Assembly (NCBI GenBank): GCA_963751445.1
Contig: CAVVUL010000008.1
Location: 130,555 to 194,554, forward strand
Source of the DNA: an uncultured Acidobacteriota bacterium
Lineage (GTDB): Bacteria; Acidobacteriota; Vicinamibacteria; Vicinamibacterales; SCN-69-37
DNA length: 64,000 nt
Reading direction: 5' to 3'
Under the pieces are notes generated by a model, which was given only the letters and a program-made list of their open reading frames with translations, did no database searches and had not been told where the DNA came from. Made by a program: the position numbers and the translations under genes. Below, in pieces: positions 48,093 through 60,488 of the stretch; the stretch's first letter is position 1, and each line of letters opens with the position of its first letter.

Positions 48093-48975
48093 TCAGGACC
48101 CGCCACCAGGTTGGCATCCGCCATCAAGTACCTCCGAGATCTGGGTCCGGCCGCCGTGCCGGAGAGCCAACTGGCTCGCGAATCCCGCCCGAAAAGCATC
48201 CCCGGCCCCGGTCGTATCGACCACCGCTACCGCCGCGGCCGGCACGGGAACTCCATGTCCCCGGCACCACGCCAGCGCGCCCTCGATGCCCAGGGTCGCG
48301 ATGACCGCCGCGGCACCGCAGGCCGCGCCCGATTCCCGCCAGTGCCTCCCCGAGTCCGCCGGCCCCCGCGAGCGCCGTCGCCAGGGATTCCGGGACCACC
48401 ACCACGTCGATGCTCCGCAGGAGCTCCTCGATCTCCGGACCGGCACGGTCCACGTCCACCAGGCGTCCGGACGCCGGCTGCCCGGCCGCGCGCGCCGCGT
48501 GCTGCGCCTGTGCCGGGTCGCTCCCATCGACCAAGAGCACGCGGGTGTTCGTGAACACGTCGTCCGGCAGCTCGCCCGGACGCAGATTCAGCGCCGGATC
48601 GCGGTGTTCGAGCACGGTCCGGTCGCCCGTCGCCTCGTCGACAATGACCACGGCGCGCCGCGTGCGGACGCCGCGCGTGTGACCACGCAGAGCGTCCACG
48701 CCGTCGCGCGCTGAGTGCGGCCCGCGAGCCTCCTGAGCCGCGCGCGTCGTCACCCATGGCGCCCGCGTACCGGCTGCGCCACCCAGCCTCGCACAGGCGA
48801 CCGCCGCCGTGGCCGCCTGGCCCCCGGGCATTCGACGAGGGCCGTCAGGGCATCCTTCGTTCCGGCGCGCCAGCGAATCGGCCCGCGCGCCACGTGTCGA
48901 GGCTGTTCTCACCCAGCGGCCATGAAATCCACGCCGCCCGGCGTCCGCCGCCGGACCGCAGGATCCCAGTTTCAC
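48093..48975 (-). CDS. PfkB-family carbohydrate kinase (several frame breaks; start uncertain)
   Basis: PGGQAATAAVACARLG near the N-terminus and the PfkB signature VVDTTGAGDAFRAGF near the C-terminus (ORF 48093-48527). Confidence 0.6.
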
Positions 48976-48994
48976 AGGGTTTCCGTGACATTGG

Positions 48995-49023
48995 TTGATT
49001 TTCGCCTTTTCTTTGCGTATAGT
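48995..49023 (+). promoter_or_regulatory. Sigma-70-type promoter TTGATT-N17-TATAGT upstream of lexA
   Basis: Seen directly in an AT-rich island, 38 nt upstream of the lexA GTG. Confidence 0.55.
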
Positions 49024-49060
49024 CGCGGCCCAGTTTCGCCCACTTCTTGCGGAGCGACAA

Positions 49061-49668
49061 GTGCAGCCACTGACCAAACGCCAACGCGAGATTCTGGACT
49101 ACCTTCGAGAATTCATCCAGCAGCACGGGTACGCGCCCAGCCTGGAGGAAATCGGGCGCCGGTTCAGCCTGTCGTCGCTCGCGACCGTGCACAAACACCT
49201 GACCAATCTCGAAGAGAAGGGCTTCATCCGCCGCGTCCTGGAACCGCAGCCGGTCGGTGGAACTGCTCTCGGCGCGCACGGGCCACCGCGCGATCGAATT
49301 GCCCCTGCTGGGCTACGTGGCGGCGGGCGCGCCCGATCGAGGCGATCGCCACCGAACGAGACGATCGCCGTGCCGCAAGATCTCGTCGGCAAGAGGACAC
49401 CTACGTCCTGCGCGTCAGGGGCGACTCGATGATCGACGAGCAGATTCGCGACGGCGACTTCGTCATCGTCGAGGATCGCAAGCACCGCCGACAACGGGGA
49501 GATGGTGATCGCCCTGGTCGGCGGCACGGACGTCACCCTCAAGAAGTTCTACCGCGAGCACGGGCCGCATCCGCTGCAGCCCGCCAACCCGGCCATGCAG
49601 CCGATCTTCTCGACCCGTCGCAAGTGCAGATCCAGGGCGTGGTCGTCGGCGTCATGAGAAAATACTGA
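49061..49668 (+). CDS. lexA: LexA repressor (at least 4 frame breaks)
   Basis: LTKRQREILDYLREFIQQHGYAPSLEEIGRRFSLSSLATVHKHLTNLEEKGFIRR, cleavage region LPLLGYVAAGAPIEA, catalytic GDSM and final GVVVGVMRKY. Confidence 0.85.
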
Positions 49669-49672
49669 CGTC

Positions 49673-49994
49673 ATGTCCAAGCAGATCAACTTCACGATCG
49701 TGCCGGACGACGGTCGGAATCGCGGCCAGATGCCGAGTGACTACGCGAACTTCTGCGCCGTCGCGCACACGCCGTTCGACCTGACGCTGACGTTCTGCGA
49801 CGTCCGGCCGCTGTCGGAACGGACGATCTGCAAGACCGCCGAGCAGTCCAGGTCGTGAGGGCGCCGTCGTGGCGCAGCATCGCGCTGCCGTTCGGCGTCG
49901 TGCCCGGGCTCGATCGCCGCGCTGCAGGAACAGATGCGCGCGTCCAGGAAGCCCAGCGCAGAACGCCGGCTGGCCGAAGGGCCCGCTGCACTGA
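49673..49994 (+). CDS. DUF3467-like small protein (one or two frame breaks)
   Basis: MSKQINFTIVPDDGRNRGQMPSDYANFCAVAHTPFDLTLTF resembles the DUF3467 N-terminal pattern. It starts 4 nt after the lexA stop. Confidence 0.5.
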
Positions 49995-50025
49995 CCCAAG
50001 GGCTCGCGCTCGCACTGCCGCGCAG

Positions 50026-50760
50026 ATGCCGCCCGCGCTGCCGACGCCAGCCGCGCATCCTCGATCGGCTCGAAGCCAGCATCCCGAACGCCGTGGACCG
50101 AACTGCATTTCTCGCAACGCCCTTCGAACTGCTCGTCGCCACGATCCTGTCCGCGCAGTGCACGGACGCAGCGCGTGAATCAGGTGACGCCCGCGCTCTT
50201 CGCTCGCTACCCGACGCCCGCGCGCGCTCGCGAAGCGCCGACGCCGGAAGAACTCGAGCCGCAGATTCAACCGACCGGCTTCTTCCGCGTAAGGCCCGCA
50301 GCTTGATCGGCATGGCGCAGGCCGTCGTCGACGAAGCACGGCGGCGACGTGCCGGCGACATGGACGCGCTCGTCGCGCTGCCCGGCGTCGGACGCAAGAC
50401 GGCGAACGTCGTGCGCGGCCACGCGTTCGGCCTGCCCGGCCTGCCGGTCGATCGCCACGTGCTCCGCGTCGCCAACCGCATCGGCCTGGCGCAGTCCGAC
50501 GATCCGGAGAAGGTCGGAGACGGCGCTGGGCGCGCTGCTGCCGGCCGACGCGCTGGACCCGCGCGTCGGACACGCTGATCCTGCACGGCCGCCGCGTCTG
50601 CAAGCCGAAGCCGCTCTGCGATCGCTGCCAGGTGCGCGCGGACTGCGCCTTATTTCAAGACCGGCGGGCTCAGCCAGACGGTGGACGCGGGCGACAGCGA
50701 CCCGACTCGCGCGTCCGGCGGGCGAAGCAGCGCAGAATGCGACCGACAGAGGCCCGATGA
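50026..50760 (+). CDS. nth: Endonuclease III (several frame breaks)
   Basis: TPFELLVATILSAQCTD, HhH-GPD LPGVGRKTANVV, and a 4Fe-4S Cys ladder HGRRVCKPKPLCDRCQVRADC. ATGA overlap with the next gene. Confidence 0.8.
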
Positions 50761-51146
50761 CACGCGACGAATTCCAGCAGCTGGTCGACGAAGCGCTGGC
50801 CACCATTCCCGATGACTTCCGTGACGCGCATGCAGAACATCGCGATCGTCGTCGAAGACGAACCGACGCCCGCGCAGCTGGCGGAGGTGGACCTCGAACC
50901 GCCCGACACGCTGCTCGGCCTGTACGAAGGCACGCCGCTGACCGAGCGGCAGTGGGCGCACGGCAACGCCCTGCCCGACAAGATCACGCTGTTCCAGGCG
51001 GCCGCATCGAAGAGGCCATCCGACGACGAGAGGACACGATCGTCGCGATTGGCGAAACACTCATCCACGAGATCGGCCACTACTTCGGCCTGTCCGAAGA
51101 GGAGATCGAGGAGATCGAAGACAGTATGGCGAAGACACGACGGTGA
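50757..51146 (+). CDS. Zincin-like metallopeptidase family protein (DUF1025-type), two or more frame breaks; may extend to 51228
   Basis: MTRDEFQQLVDEALATIPDDF..NIAIVVEDEP...TLIHEIGHYFGLSEEEIEEIE. An acidic tail in the alternative frame ends at 51228, overlapping the rsmA start. Confidence 0.6.
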   Translation: MTRDEFQQLVDEALATIPDDFRDAHAEHRDRRRRRTDARAAGGGGPRTARHAARPVRRHAADRAAVGARQRPARQDHAVPGGRIEEAIRRREDTIVAIGETLIHEIGHYFGLSEEEIEEIEDSMAKTRR

Positions 51147-51224
51147 CGACGCGACGAAGAAGACGGCGAACGACGAAGATGAGGACGGCCTCGAGGACGA
51201 CGGCAACGAGGGGGGCGAGAAGCC

Positions 51225-52097
51225 GTGATGACTCGCGGGCCTCTTCGCATCGGCCGCGGAAGCGGTTCGGCCAGCATTTTCTCGAGCGGCGCCGTGGGCG
51301 CGGAAGGTCGTCGCCGCCATCGCGCCGAAGCCGGGGGATGTCTTCCTCGAGATCGGCCCGGGCTCGGGCGCGCTGACGTTCCCGCTCGCCGAGAGCGGCG
51401 CGCCAATTCTCGCCGTGGAAATCGATCGCGACCTGGTCGCCGGCCTGGCGCCCCGGCTGCCGCCGAACGTCACGGTGATTTCGGGCGACGTTCTCGAGAC
51501 CGACGTCGCTGCCCTATCTGGGCGGCCTCGAAACGCAGCGGCCCGCCGGGGCCAGCGCGGCGCCCGCGCGCCGGGTCCGGGTGGTCGGCAATCTCCCCTA
51601 CAACCTGTCCACGCCGATTCTGTTTCGGCTGATCGAACTGCAGCGACAGCACGGCGTGTTCGCCGACGCGACGATCATGCTGCAGCGCGAGGTCGCTGAC
51701 CGGCTCGTCGCCTCTCCCGGGCGCAAGGACTACGGCGTCGCTGACCGTCCTGCTCGGTCTGCATGCCTCCGTCACCCGGCTCCTCGACCTTCCGCCGGGC
51801 GCCTTTCGGCCGCCGCCGAAGGTCCGATCGGCGGTCGTCCGGCTGGAATTCCGCACGGCCGCGCGTCCGCATCGCCGACCCGGTCGCTGTTCGAGACCAT
51901 GGTCAAGCGGCATCTTCAGCCAGCGGCGCAAGACGCTCGCGAATACCCTCAAGGGACTGGTCCCGGCGGCGCCGCGAGGCCGTCCTGCAGTCGGGGCCGG
52001 CATCGATCCGAGGCGCCGGCCCGAGACACTGGACCTCGCGGAGCTGTCGGGGCTGGCCGACGCCGTGGCTGCGGCGCGGCGGCCGGCTGTGCTATAG
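51225..52097 (+). CDS. rsmA: 16S rRNA (adenine1518/1519-N6)-dimethyltransferase RsmA/KsgA (several frame breaks)
   Basis: [40 protein letters not shown] and [14 protein letters not shown]. Confidence 0.85.
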
Positions 52098-52280
52098 TTT
52101 TGCCAGTTTTCCCGCCTGTTTTTGGGTCTTCCCAGGGACCCACGCGCCGGGCACTGCCGGCCTCCCGTGTCGGCGCCCCGCGGCGCGGACGGTCGCAACG
52201 ATTGCGGTCGGCGGACGCCGTGGGCGTCGCACCGGCCGGGTGTCCGTTGGCTTGAGACTCGAGTGAATTGAGGTCGAGCG

Positions 52281-53958
52281 TTGCAGAGCGATCCGTCCGC
52301 AGCCGCGGAAGCGATTGACGTGATCCCGATTGGCGGGGTCGGCGAGTTCGGCATGAACATGCTGCTCGTCGTCTGCGGGGAGACCGCCGTCCTCGTCGAT
52401 GCCGGCGTGATGTTTCCGGAGCCGGAACTGTTCGGCGTCGATCTGGTCATCCCCGATCTCTCGGTGCTCGATGCCTACAAGGGCCGCATCAAGGCGCTCG
52501 TGCTGACGCACGGGCACGAGGATCACATCGGCGCCATCGCTCACGTCATCGACCGGATCGACGGTCCGGTGCTCGCGACGCGGTTCACGCTCGCGCTGGT
52601 CGAACCCAAACTCGAGGAGCACGGCATCGACGCCCGCGGCCGGCTGGTGGCCGTCACGCCGCGTCAGCGCGTGCCCGATCGGCCCGCTCGACGCTCGAAT
52701 TCCTCCGCATGACGCACAGCATGCCGGACTGCGTGGCGGTGGCCATCCACACGCCGGCCGGCGTGATCGTGCACACCGGCGACTTCAAGATCGATCAGAC
52801 GCCGCTCGACGGCGAGCCGTGCGACCTGCACCGGCTGGCCGAACTCGGGTCCGCCGGCGTGCTGGCGCTGCTCTCCGACAGCACCAACGCGGATCGTCGC
52901 GGCTACACGGGATCCGAACGCGACGTCGTTGAAGGCTTCGAGGAGATCTTCAGCAGCGCGCCCGGCAAGATCGTCGTGACGACGTTCTCGACGTCAGCAT
53001 CTACCGGCTGCAACTGCTGGCAGACCTGGCCGAGCAGTTCGACCGCAAGGTCGCGTTCGTCGGTCGCGGGATGCAGCAGAACTCGCAGATTGCCAAGCGG
53101 CTGGGCGCGCTCAAGGTGCCGCCGGGCGTCCAGATCCGCGACAGCGAGGTCCGGGACTACCCCGCCCAGGACGTGGTGTGCCTCTGCACCGGGTCGCAGG
53201 GGGAAGCCCTGGCGGCCCTGCCGCGCATCGCCATCGACGACCACCGCCACGTCCGGCTCGGCCCCGGCGACATCGTGGCCTTTTCGGCCCGGAACATCCC
53301 CGGCAACGAGAAGGCCATCGGCCGGGTCATGAACCACGTCGCCCGCCGCGGCGCCGAGGTGGTGACCGACGCCGATCGGCACATCCACGTGTCCGGGCAT
53401 GGCAGCGCCGAGGAACTGAAGCTGGTGCTGTCCCTGGTCAGGCCGCGCGTGTTCGTGCCGATACATGGGGAGTACCGGCAACTGGCTCGGCACGGCCGCA
53501 TGGCCCAGACCGTCTGCCCCGAGGCAACGTCATGATGGGCAGGACGGCGATGTGCTCCGCTTCGACGCCGACGGTGCCCGGGTGCGGACCGCCTGGCCGC
53601 CGGCCGCGTGCTGATCGATGGCACCCGGACTGGGGAGATCGGCGACGAGGTCCTGCGCGACCGGAGGCACCTGGCCGGCGACGGCCTGGTCGTGGCCGAT
53701 CGTGGCCATCAACGCCCAGACCGGCGCGGTCGAGCAGGTGCCGTCATCATCACGCGCGGGCTGGCGACGGACGCCCGGCACGAGGCGATGCTGCGGGAGG
53801 CGCCGCGATCGCTGACCCGAGCGATCGAGTCGGCGCCGCGCGAGGAGCGGTCGGATCCGGGCTGCTCAAGGAGCGGATCCGGGTCAGGAAATGCAGCGGA
53901 TGTTCCGGAAGCGGGCGGGCCGCCGGCCGCTGGTGCTGCCCGTCGTGATGGAAGTCTG
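52281..53958 (+). CDS. rnj: Ribonuclease J (several frame breaks)
   Basis: Metallo-beta-lactamase motif [11 protein letters not shown], beta-CASP fragments ([10 protein letters not shown]; [12 protein letters not shown]; PIHGEYR) and a C-terminal domain ending VVMEV-TGA. Confidence 0.8.
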
Positions 53959-53969
53959 AGGAGCACTGC

Positions 53970-56311
53970 GTGGCCGCAAACTGCCCTGTCTCGTCGTGTC
54001 AGCGAGTTCGCCGGCGTCGCGCTGTTCGCGATCGCCCTGCTGTGGCTCGTCGCGCTCGTCAGCACAACGCGAAGCGACCCGGCGTGGTTCTTCAACAGCG
54101 GCGCGCGGGACCACCGCCAACTTCGCCGGCCCGATCGGCGCGTTCCTGCCGGAGATGGCGCTCCAGCTGTCGGCTATGCCGCCTTCCTGATTCCCGTGTT
54201 CTTCGGCTACCTCGCCTGGCACTACTTCTGGTGCCAGAACGATCGACGCGGGATACACCAAGCTCGTGGGCGCGGCGCTGCTGTTCGTCAGCGCGGCCGC
54301 GCTGCTCTCGCTCGCGTTCAGCGCGTTCGAAAGCCCGGTCCCGCACTTCACGCGGGCGGGCTGCATCGGCACGGCGATCGCCGATCGTGATGCTCGGCTA
54401 CCTCAACGGCACCGGCGCGGCGATCCTGCTGCTCACGCTGCTGGCGTTTTCCGTCGATTCTCGCCACGCAGTTCTCGTTCGGCGCAGGCCTTCTGCGGCC
54501 TGTGCGGAGCGGCTGCGCGACGCGGCCGCGCCTGCTCGACACGCTTCGGCGCGTGGCGCGACGAACGCCAGCGCAATCGAGAGCGGCAGCAGATCGTCGA
54601 GAAGCACGTGAAGAAGGCCGGCCGCGACAAGCGCGCCCGAAATCGCGACGAAGGCCGCCGACGCGGCCGCCAAGACTCAAGACCGCGCGCGCCCGCGCCG
54701 CGATGACGCGGACGACGAAGACGAGTGCCGAGCCGCGCGCGGCGTCGGCGCGCGCGGCGGTCCGCGGCGATCGCAAGCGCGCCGGGCCCGCCGCGCCCGT
54801 CGCTGCCGCTCGAGGCCGCGGGACCCGAGGCGCCGGCCGAGCGCCGCAAGGGCGCCTACGTGCTCCCGCCGCTCACGCTCCTCGACAGCGCCGAAGGACC
54901 AGCAGAAGATCGACGAGCGCGAGTTGATGGACGCCGCGCGGCTGCTCGAAGAGAAGTGCCGCGAGTTCTCCGTCGAAGGCACCGTCGTCCAGATCCACCC
55001 GGGCCCGGTCGTCACCACCTACGAGTTCAAGCCGGACGCCGGCGTGAAGTACAGCCGCATCACCGGCCTGGCCGACGACCTCTGCCTGGCGATGAAGGCC
55101 GAGTCGGTGCTGATCGATCGCATCCCCGGCAAGTCGACCGTCGGCATCCAGATTCCCAACCCGCATCGCGAAGCCGATCACGCTGCGGGAGCTGCTCGAA
55201 TCGGACACCTACACGCGCGCCCAGTCGCAAGCTCACCATGGCGCTCGGCAAGACCATTCACGGCGAGCCGTTCGTCAGCGACCTGGCCACGATGCCGCAC
55301 CTGCTCATCGCCGGATCGACGGGCGCCGGCAAGTCGGTGAGCGTCAACGCGATGATCAGCAGCATGCTCTTCCGCTGCACGCCGGATGACGTGCGCTTCA
55401 TCATGATCGACCCGAAGCGCCTCGAACTCGGGATGTACGAGGACATCCCGCACCTGCTCACGCCGGTCGTCGTCGATCCCAAGCAGGCGTCGAACGCGCT
55501 GCGCTGGGGCGTGCGCGAGATGGAAGAGCGCTACAAGACGCTCGCCGCCACCGGCGTGCGCAACATCGAGCAGTACAACCGCAACGTGCGCGCCGCGATG
55601 GCCGAGCAGCCCGGCCGGCAGCGACGACGGCCAGGAACTCGAAGACGATGCCCTACATCGTCGTCATCATCGACGAGCTGGCCGACCTGATGATGGCGGC
55701 GAGCAAGGAAGTCGAAGAGTCGATCGCGCGCATCGCGCAGATGGCGCGCGCCGTCGGCATCCATCTGATTCTGGCCACGCAGCGCCCGTCGGTCGACGTC
55801 ATCACGGGCCTCATCAAGGCCAACCTGCCGGCGCGCATCGCGTTCCGCGTCGCCTCGAAGGTCGACTCGCGGACGATTCTCGACGGCAACGGCGCGGAGC
55901 AGCTGCTCGGCAAGGGCGACATGCTCTACCTGCCGCCGGCCTCATCGCGCTTTATGCGCATTCACGGCCCGTACATCTCCGAGCAGGAAACGGCCCGGCT
56001 GTGCAGCTTCCTCCGAAAGCAGGGCAAGCCGGTGTACGACCGGACGATCACGGCCGAAGAGAAGACGGCCGCCGAGAAGCATGGAATTCGAGAAGGACGA
56101 CCTCTACGACGAAGCGGCGCGCATCGTCGTGTCGACCGGCCAGGCGTCCATCTCCTACCTGCAGCGCCGGCTGCGCATCGGCTTCAGCCGCGCCGCGCGC
56201 CTCATCGACATGATGGAGATGGACGGCGTCGTCTCGCCGGCCGCCGGCGGCAAGCGCGAGGTCCTCGTCGATCAGAATTATTTCGCCGAAGTGGATGCCC
56301 AGCTGAAGTGA
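53970..56311 (+). CDS. ftsK: DNA translocase FtsK/SpoIIIE (many frame breaks)
   Basis: N-terminal TM segments, a basic linker, motor domain [22 protein letters not shown] and [25 protein letters not shown], and a gamma winged-helix ([22 protein letters not shown]). Confidence 0.85.
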
Positions 56312-56341
56312 TCTTATGCCACTGACCATCGACCCAGTCGC

Positions 56342-58200
56342 GTGATTCGTCGCGCGTGCCAACCCGGCCCGTGCTGGTCATCCTGTGTTTCGCCGCGTGA
56401 TCGCCGGCGCTCGCGCCGCGCGCCCGATCCCGCGGCGCAGACGACGGCGCACGGCCGCCACGTTGTACGAGCGCGCGCAGGCGCAGGCCGTGCGCGCGAT
56501 GCCGAACGGCGCGCACGCGACTGGGCGCCGCGCGCACGCCCGACGGTCGCGCTTCGCGCCGCCAGCGGCGTACCGACAACGCCCGTGCGACGCGGCTCGC
56601 TGATGCAGCGGCGTTCGAGATGAGCGCTGAGGCGGCCGACGCCACCTGCTCGAACGCGCCTGGCCAACCGCGAATAGCCGGGCAGCAGCCATCGGCGACA
56701 GCCCGGCCGCGCGCGACGCCGCTGCGGCCGGCACGACGACCGCGACGCCCGCGCCGGCAAGCCCGAGACCTCCGCCGCGGCGACGCCCGTGCGCCGCCGA
56801 TCGCGCCACGGATGGCGCCGAACGACCGCGCCGACGCGGGCGTCGCGTGGCGCCGCTCCGGCCGCCCAGCGCCGGCAAGCGCCTCGCTGGGGCGATCCAA
56901 TGTGACGCGCACAGCCCCTGCCCCGCGGCGACCGCCGTCACGCATCGAATTCAGCCGACGAGGTGACGGTTACCTGCGCGAGCGCGTCGCGAATCCCGAC
57001 GCCGTCTTCCTCGATTTCTTGAACGCTGCGAGCGCCGTCGGCGCTGGCCGAACAGTGTGCGCGCACTCCAGAGCCGTCTCATCAAGACCGTGCGCATCGG
57101 CTCGCCAAGCCGCGGCGTGACGCGGGTCGTGCATCGAGTGATCGGCGCGCCGCGCTATCAGCTCCTTCCCGATGTACGGGCCGTTCCGTGTCGGTCGTCG
57201 ACGTCGAGACGAGGTGGCGCCGGCGCCCGGACGGCAACGACGGCAGCGGCCGCGATGCCGGCCGCCGGCCGCGTCAGCGCCATCGCCGCCGCCAGTCGCC
57301 ACCCCGGCCACCGCCACCCCTTCGGCTCCAGCGACACCGGTCGCCGTCACGCCGCCCACGCCGACGCCGACGCCAACCCGCGCCGCCGCGATCGCCGACG
57401 CCGCCCACATCGCGCCAACGCCGCGCCGATTCGTCGCCCGCTCCGGCCGCCCTCCAGCACCGGGCGCGGCGGACTACTCGCTGGCGCGGCAACTGGGGCT
57501 TGCGCGTCGCCCGATCGTCATCGATCCCGGCCATGGCGGGCACGATCCCGGCGCGCATGCCAATGGCGTCACGGAGGCGGAACTGGTCCTCGACGTCGCG
57601 CTGCGATTGCGAGAAACTGCTCAAGACAAGCCGGGCATGGAGGTCGTGCTGACCCGCCGCACCAACGAGTTCATCCCGCTCGAGGAACGCACGGCCATCG
57701 CGAATCGCGAGAACGCCGACCTCTTCCTCTCGATCCACGCCAACGCCCATCGGCAATCGGCGGTCAGCGGCGTGGAAACCTACTTCCTGAATTTCGCCAG
57801 CAATCCAGAAGCCGAAGCCGTGGCCGCGCGCGAGAATGCGCGAGCGGTCAGACGATGGGCACGCTGCCGGCGATCGTGAAGGCCATCGCGCTGAACAACA
57901 AGCTCGACGGAATCCCGCGAGTTCGCCGGCATGATTCAAACCCAGCTCGCCCGACGCCTGCGCGCGACAGCACCGGCGCGTGAAGGATCTCGGCGTCAAG
58001 CAGGCGCCGTTCGTCGTGCTGATTGGCGCGCAGATGCCGAGCGTGCTGGCGAGATTGCCTTCCTGACGAACCGATCCGAGGCCAGCCTGCTGAAGCAGGG
58101 CGCCTATCGGCAGCACATCGCCCAGGCCCTGCGCGACGCCATCGTGACGCTACCGGATTCCCTGAAACGAAGTCGCACTCACTGCCGTGGCGACCCGTGA
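56342..58200 (+). CDS. N-acetylmuramoyl-L-alanine amidase (AmiC-like: N-terminal helical/AMIN region + Amidase_3), heavily frame-broken; start uncertain
   Basis: Amidase_3 core IVIDPGHGGHDPGA..ELVLDVAL..DLFLSIHANA..SGVETYFLN..EIAFLTN. AMIN-like fragments appear at 56900-57200. Confidence 0.65.
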
Positions 58201-58432
58201 TGCTGCGACGGTAGACTGGGATCGTCGTGCAGGAAAAGCCGCCGGACGCCTTCATCGTCACCGTCATCCGCGAGCCCGCGACGGAGATCGACCGTCGCGC
58301 GACCTGATCATCGGCTCGCTGGGCATGGCCGGCGCGCTGCTGGTGCTGGCCTGGCGCTGGCGTGGTGGCCGGGCGGGTTGCTGCGTGATTTGGCACCGGT
58401 CTCGCCCGGCGGCCTGGCGATCATGCCGGCGG

Positions 58433-59975
58433 TCAGCCCTCGTTCCCGGACGCCGGACTCCCCCCGTCATCCCAAGTGCGATAAGCGTCCGGACCGCGAC
58501 GCCGGTCGGCGCCCTTCGGCTGATAGGCTCCTTCGACTCCGCCCAGGCCGTGCCCGCGATGTCGAGATGCGCCCACGGCAACGTCCTCGCAAACTCGCGG
58601 AGGAATGCGGCCGCCGTCACGGCGCCGCCGGCGCGACCGGCCGAGTTGATCAAGTCCGCGATCTCGCTGCGCAGTTGGTCGCGCGTTTCGTCGTAGATCG
58701 GCATCGGCCACACGCGATCGCCCGCCTGCTCGGCGGCGGCGTGCGACGGTCGTCCACCCAGGACTCCGGCTGGCCGAATAGCGCCGGAGACGATGACGGC
58801 CCAGCGCCATCATGCAGGCGCCGGTCAGCGTGGCGACATCCACCAGGTGCGTCACACCCGAGTTGCTGCGCGTACCACAGCGCATCGCCGAGGATCAGAC
58901 GGCCCTCGGCGTCGGTATTGATCGATCTCGACCGTCTTGCCGCTGGCGCCGCGGATGACGTCGCCCGGGCGCATCGCGCGACCGCCCACCATGTTCTCCG
59001 CGGTCGGCGATGACGCCGACGGCCCGGTAGCGGCGCCTTCAGCCGCGCGAGCGCCAGCATCGCGCCCGCGCACCGCCGCGCCCCCGGCCATGTCGTCCTT
59101 CATCCGCTCCATGCCTTCGGCCGGCTTGATCGACACGCCGCCCGTGTCGAAGGTGATGCCTTTGCCCACCAGGCCCGAGCACGGGCGTCGCCGGCGCCTT
59201 CGGCGGCTCGTGGCGAAGCACGATGACGCGCGGCGGCAGCGCGCTGCCCTGCGCCGACGCCGAGCAGCAGCCGCATGCCCAGTTCCGCGATGCGCGCGTC
59301 ATCGAGGACGTCCACGCCGAGGCCGACCTCGCCCGCCGCCGCCGCCACGCGATCCGCGAATTCCGCCGGCGTGAGCACGTTGGCCGGCTCGTTGGCCAGC
59401 CCGCGCGTGAGTTCGCGCACTCGGCGATCACGCGGCCGCGGCGGACCGCGGCGGCGAGCGCTGCACGGTCCCTTCCGGCGCGATGACGACCACGCGCGAC
59501 AGCGCCGACGGCTGGGCGCCTTCGCGCGCCCGGTAGACGGCGCCGTCGAAATCCGCAGCCGACAACCCATCGGCGATCGACTGCGCCGCCGCGATGGCGT
59601 CGGGCGCGCCGCGGATCAGAAACCCACACGACGCCGCGCCAAACCGCCGCGCGGCGTAGCCGCAGACGAGGCGACGCGCCGCCAGCGCTCCGGCGTGCGT
59701 TCGGCGGCGTCGCCGGCGCCAACGAGCGCGATGCGCCGCGCCTGGCACCCCGTTCACCACCGGCGTGGCGAACACATCGAACAACCGCCCCCGAAACTCG
59801 GCCGACGCGCGTGCGCGGGCGATCTCGCCACGCGTGACTGCGTCGATCCACGCGACGTCCGCCAGCGCATCGTCCGGTCCGGCACCGGCACGAACAGCAC
59901 GTCCACCGCGATCGTCGTCGCGTCCGCCGCCACGCCCTGATAGTCCGGCTGCCCGGATGTCGATTGTTGAGCCAC
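58433..59975 (-). CDS. pepA: Leucyl aminopeptidase (M17), many frame breaks
   Basis: [10 protein letters not shown], the [14 protein letters not shown] signature and [11 protein letters not shown] start at 59975. A C6 homopolymer at 58460-58465 sits at the last frame change. Confidence 0.8.
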
Positions 59976-59990
59976 GCGTCGAATCCCCTT

Positions 59991-60466
59991 TCAGGAAACC
60001 ACCGATGATAACTCACCGTGCGCGCGGGCGGCGCGTGCTGAAACGGGACGCCATCCAGCGGATGCGCACGCGACGATCGGCCGTCCGGTGACGATTCTGT
60101 ACGCGCGCACGGACCGGCCTGCGGACCCCACGATCACGAACAGCCACTCCGGATAGTGGGCTTCGGCGACATCACGCGCCGACGGCACCGCCGGGCTCGC
60201 CGGATGCGAGTGATACACCCCGACGATGTCGAGCGTGCGGCGCCATCTGGCGCAACACCCGGCGCGCCGCCAGGTGCTCCGACGGGTCTGACGCGGAAGC
60301 CGGTGCGCGGACGCGCATCGACATTCGTCATCGGCAGCGAGAAGTGCACACGGGTGTTCCGGCCGATCAGCAACCCGCAGCACTCGTCGGGGGCATCGCG
60401 GCGCGCGTGCGCCACCATGGCGCGCCGCACGGCGGCCGGGATCGATGCCTGTCGGGGCCGGGCCAT
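59991..60466 (-). CDS. JAMM/MPN+ (Mov34) metalloprotease family protein (frame-broken; 3-prime end uncertain)
   Basis: DECCGLLIG and an intact JAMM motif YHSHPASPAVPSARD (HxH-x7-S-xx-D). Confidence 0.7.
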
Positions 60467-60488
60467 GTCCGCGGTTCGACGAGGGCGC

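Noticed and set aside
58225-58440. Small plus-strand ORF with one hydrophobic helix (..DLIIGSLGMAGALLVLA..) between the amidase and pepA
   Set aside because: It is only readable with extra frame changes, overlaps the 3-prime end of convergent pepA, has no recognisable motif, and cannot be separated from high-GC noise.
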